Shown piece after piece: positions 60,649 through 64,000 of a stretch of 64,000 nt of DNA (position 1 is the stretch's first letter; every line of letters begins with the position of its first letter). The stretch lies in NCBI GenBank assembly GCA_002104945.1, contig MCFH01000019.1, positions 1 to 64,000 of the forward strand. The letters run 5' to 3'. Both the position numbers and the translations under genes were made by a program. Under the pieces are notes generated by a model, which was not told where the DNA came from, made no database searches, and saw only the letters and a program-made list of their open reading frames with translations. This stretch comes from Piromyces finnis finn. Lineage: Eukaryota > Fungi > Neocallimastigomycota.

Positions 60649-63600
60649 GGCATCAAATATTTTAAACTTTATTATTAATTTAATTAAAATTATAATACAT
60701 GAAATATAAAAATTAAAATAAAAATAAAAAAAATATGTTTAAATAAACACAAATGAATAAAAATTGGGTATAATGTATTCTAGTCATTTTAATTAAAGTA
60801 AGAAAGCCACTATCATACTAAAGTATAATAATTGTATTTGACTTCCAATGGGACACCGAGCCAAAGATTAAAATTTTGTCATGGAACAAAATTATGATCT
60901 CCATTGGTTGCGCTGGCCCTCCTGGCCTGTCTTACTGTTTCTTCAGCATTGACGCTCTTGGATGTTGCTTCAAACCTTTTGAACATTGACCATTGCTGGC
61001 CAATAGCAAAAGGCATGATTTTGGTTAGAAGTTCCGCGGTTACCGTCAAGAATGGTGTTCCTTCATTAGTACCAGATTGAATCTGATGCTTACAAAGTTC
61101 TTTCCATTCCCTTGAATTGTAATTGATATTGTTAAAACTTCTTCCCCCAAGAAGGAATTTAAATATTTTACTGCACACACTAGAATAATCATACACATTA
61201 ATATTCACCGGATTATTAGAACTATTACTATCATTAACTAAATTACTATCTAAATTAGAATTATTATCTTCACTATTGCTATCATTACTAATATTATTAT
61301 TTCTATTATTGTTATTATTACTATTGTTACTATTACTATTGTTACTATTACTATTGTTATTACTACTATTGTTACTATTACTATTAATGTTATTACTATC
61401 TCTACTGATATTATCAATTTCATTATTATTGATAGGACTATTGGAATTACGTTGACTGAAAAAATTTAATAGCTGGACTATGGAATCATAATGTTTAATA
61501 CGGATATCTCTAAATGTTGGACAATCTAATAACCAATGTTTAATACTTTGATCTCCACACTTGCAACATGGACAGTAGTTAGGACAAACTGGATCAACAA
61601 ATTTGGCAGCTTTGGCAACTCTAGCATCCAACTTGTATCCGCTTCTTGCTTTCAATAGCCAGTAGAAGCCATAGGCAAACTCTGGGTACTCATAACATAA
61701 TTTAATAAAATCTTTAGTTTCAATAAATTTATTATCATCATAATATTGCGCTTTGATTGAATTCCCTTTGAGATCTTTCCAATAAAAGTTTTTAACTGCT
61801 TTAACATCTCCATGCTTCTTTAATTTTTTATCAAGTGTCCTACTTGATTTGCACCACGTGTATTTTCTAAATTTAGGAATGTAATTGACAAGGTGTGAGA
61901 TAATACAACTTGAGTTTTTCCATTTGTTAAAACATCTAACCTGAGCTAAAGCACATTTGGCTGACAATGGAGGAATATTCAAATCTTTTGAGATAGAGTA
62001 TAAAGATATAAACGATACAGCTTTATGAACTCCGGCAATCCATCGTATTCCTTTGTTAACATGCTTCTGAGCAATCCTAGACCTAGCTTTGTTGGATCCA
62101 AGTAATGGTGCAAAGTATGAAACTCTGCTAATCACTTGTGAGTTAAGTACTAGTTTTTTGAAGGGAATAGGAATATTAGGATTTCTTAAGAATTTACTGA
62201 CTGAGAAAAGTCCTTTCAAAACCTTGTTATTGAGAGTTTTAATTACTGGTTTAAGGGACAGATTCTTATCAAATGGAACACCAAGATAAGTATAACAATC
62301 AGTAGTTGGAATGGGTTGTCCTGCTAAGTAAAATGTTGGATCTCTCTTGTTCTGATTTTCTATTGATTCAGGACGAATCACCATCGTTGAACATTTCTGG
62401 ATACCAAATTCCATTTCATTATACAATGCCCATTCATTAACTCTTCTAAGCATCTTTTTTAAGCATCCTCTTGTTGGAGCACAAATAACTATATCATCTG
62501 CAAAAAGTCCACCACAGCATCGAGTGTCACCTAGACTGACTCCTAGATCTTCGCACTCTCTAAATATATCATTAATAAAGAGATTAAAGAGAATAGGAGA
62601 AAGAGGGCAACCTTGACGGACTCCTTTCTTCACATCAAAAGATTTCGAGAATTGTCCATTTAATTTGACATTAGCCTTAGATGTTAAATATAAATTTTTG
62701 ATGAATTGTAAACTCTTACCTCGGATTCCTAAACAATCTAATTTATGGAGAATATTACCGATTGGGACTGAATCGTATGCTTTCCTGAGATCTAAAAAGG
62801 CCAAATATGTCTCTTTATTATCTAATTGACGTCTACGGCATATTTCTTGGATTGAAATGAAAAGACTGATACTTTCTTCCTTTTTTCGAAAACCAAATTG
62901 TTCAGGTCTAATGAAATTATTCTTTAAACCATATTCTGAGATTCTAGTGGTGACAATTTTGGAAATCAACTTAATACCATTATTGATAAGTGATATACCT
63001 CGATAGTTATCACAATCTGTCAAATCTCCCTTCTTAGGAATAGAAACAATACTGGATTCATTCCATGAGTTGGGGAAGTCTCCATCCCAAATACGGTTAA
63101 ATAATTTAAGAATAAAATTTAAACCATGAGCGTCATTATCTGAAGTGGTATTACCGGAAGAATTATTATCTGTAGCATTATTAGAATCATTACTTGATGG
63201 AATTAATGCTTTGTAAAATTCAATTGGAATACCATCCGGACCTGATGCTTTATAATTCGGAGTAGAGAGGATAGCTGACTTGACTTCATCAATACTAATA
63301 TCTTGGTTGATATCCCACTCATCAAGCATAGGAAGTGAAAAACGTTTATTCGTTGGTTCTTCATACCAATGCTCCAAATCAAGACTTACACCACTTGGAT
63401 CTGATGCAAGGTTTTCGAAATGATCATGCCACACATCTAGTTGTTCTTCCGTAGCAACAACTAATTCTCCATTTTTGTTTTTAATTGGTTGAGCAATAAA
63501 GAAAGAATCTTTTCCAATTTTTGCAGTTTTCTTGATCCATTTCCAGGCCTTCTTAGGATTATGACTCTTCATATACTCACATCCTGTTTTAATCCAATGA

Positions 63601-64000
63601 AGATATTCTTGTTTCCTAAATTCATTACATCTTTTGTGGATGTAATCAATGAGCTTACGGTAGATTTTAATTCTTTTAATAAATTCATCTATATCATAAA
63701 TTCTTTCTTTTTTAAATCTCTTATACAACTTCATTTTGATTTTTTGGAGATTAAAAATTTGTTGTGAAATATGAAATGAAGACTTTATAACATTATTTGC
63801 TGAGGTAATACTGAGCTCGTCTGCAATTGAAAAAGCAGTTGAAGTAAATTCTTTGGAAAGTTCATCTGTAGAAACATTAGGATCGTTGAATTTTGCTGAA
63901 AGAATTTGGAATTTATTATGACTAAGAATAGATTCCTTTTCCTCAATACATTTTAATCTATTCCATTTCAGAATTTTCTTAGGAACGTTAAAGTCATTAG
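60600..64000 (-). mobile_element. Non-LTR (LINE) retrotransposon, 3' portion with putative poly(A) tail; 5' end beyond the window
   Basis: The RT ORF is followed by about 230 bp of 3' UTR, an AATAAA (60673-60668 on the minus strand) and a 46-nt A run (60645-60600). The element is visibly more GC-rich than the flanking host DNA. Confidence 0.9.
60879..64000 (-). CDS. LINE ORF2-type reverse transcriptase with C-terminal CCHC zinc knuckle (at least 1039 aa; open at window edge)
   Basis: RT motifs in order: KASGPDGIP, NYRGISL, QFGFRK, LAFLDLRKAYDSV, GVRQGCPLSPILFNLFIND, LFADD, YTYLGV. C-terminal CPCCKCGDQSIKHWLLDC. The frame stays open for 88 more codons upstream of the tracked ATG at 63734, up to position 64000. 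Confidence 0.95.
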   Translation of the reverse strand, partial: NDFNVPKKILKWNRLKCIEEKESILSHNKFQILSAKFNDPNVSTDELSKEFTSTAFSIADELSITSANNVIKSSFHISQQIFNLQKIKMKLYKRFKKERIYDIDEFIKRIKIYRKLIDYIHKRCNEFRKQEYLHWIKTGCEYMKSHNPKKAWKWIKKTAKIGKDSFFIAQPIKNKNGELVVATEEQLDVWHDHFENLASDPSGVSLDLEHWYEEPTNKRFSLPMLDEWDINQDISIDEVKSAILSTPNYKASGPDGIPIEFYKALIPSSNDSNNATDNNSSGNTTSDNDAHGLNFILKLFNRIWDGDFPNSWNESSIVSIPKKGDLTDCDNYRGISLINNGIKLISKIVTTRISEYGLKNNFIRPEQFGFRKKEESISLFISIQEICRRRQLDNKETYLAFLDLRKAYDSVPIGNILHKLDCLGIRGKSLQFIKNLYLTSKANVKLNGQFSKSFDVKKGVRQGCPLSPILFNLFINDIFRECEDLGVSLGDTRCCGGLFADDIVICAPTRGCLKKMLRRVNEWALYNEMEFGIQKCSTMVIRPESIENQNKRDPTFYLAGQPIPTTDCYTYLGVPFDKNLSLKPVIKTLNNKVLKGLFSVSKFLRNPNIPIPFKKLVLNSQVISRVSYFAPLLGSNKARSRIAQKHVNKGIRWIAGVHKAVSFISLYSISKDLNIPPLSAKCALAQVRCFNKWKNSSCIISHLVNYIPKFRKYTWCKSSRTLDKKLKKHGDVKAVKNFYWKDLKGNSIKAQYYDDNKFIETKDFIKLCYEYPEFAYGFYWLLKARSGYKLDARVAKAAKFVDPVCPNYCPCCKCGDQSIKHWLLDCPTFRDIRIKHYDSIVQLLNFFSQRNSNSPINNNEIDNISRDSNNINSNSNNSSNNNSNSNNSNSNNSNNNNNRNNNISNDSNSEDNNSNLDSNLVNDSNSSNNPVNINVYDYSSVCSKIFKFLLGGRSFNNINYNSREWKELCKHQIQSGTNEGTPFLTVTAELLTKIMPFAIGQQWSMFKRFEATSKSVNAEETVRQARRASATNGDHNFVP

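Overview
Extremely AT-rich, intron-rich eukaryotic DNA with GT-AG introns and long (AAT)n and homopolymer tracts. The composition, intron density, fungal-type genes and flagellar CFAP20 suggest an anaerobic gut fungus (Neocallimastigomycota); this is inference, not a database result. By manual exon assembly I support 10 host genes: an EH-domain (Irs4/Tax4-like) protein, kinesin-8, a RhoGEF(DH)-PH-TLDc fusion protein, a Q/N-rich C2H2 zinc-finger factor, CFAP20, MED14, an F-box/LRR protein, a La/LARP7-like protein with xRRM, a DCN1-like protein and NUP160. There is also a candidate unannotated exon pair near the left end, a frameshifted orphan ORF, and the 3' part of an apparently intact non-LTR (LINE) retrotransposon running off the right edge. 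I found no tRNA, rRNA or CRISPR array. The most notable observations are the DH-PH-TLDc fusion with a probably catalytically altered DH domain, the LARP7/Pof8-like protein with a degenerate La motif, and an open LINE ORF carrying in-frame Asn-rich expansions.
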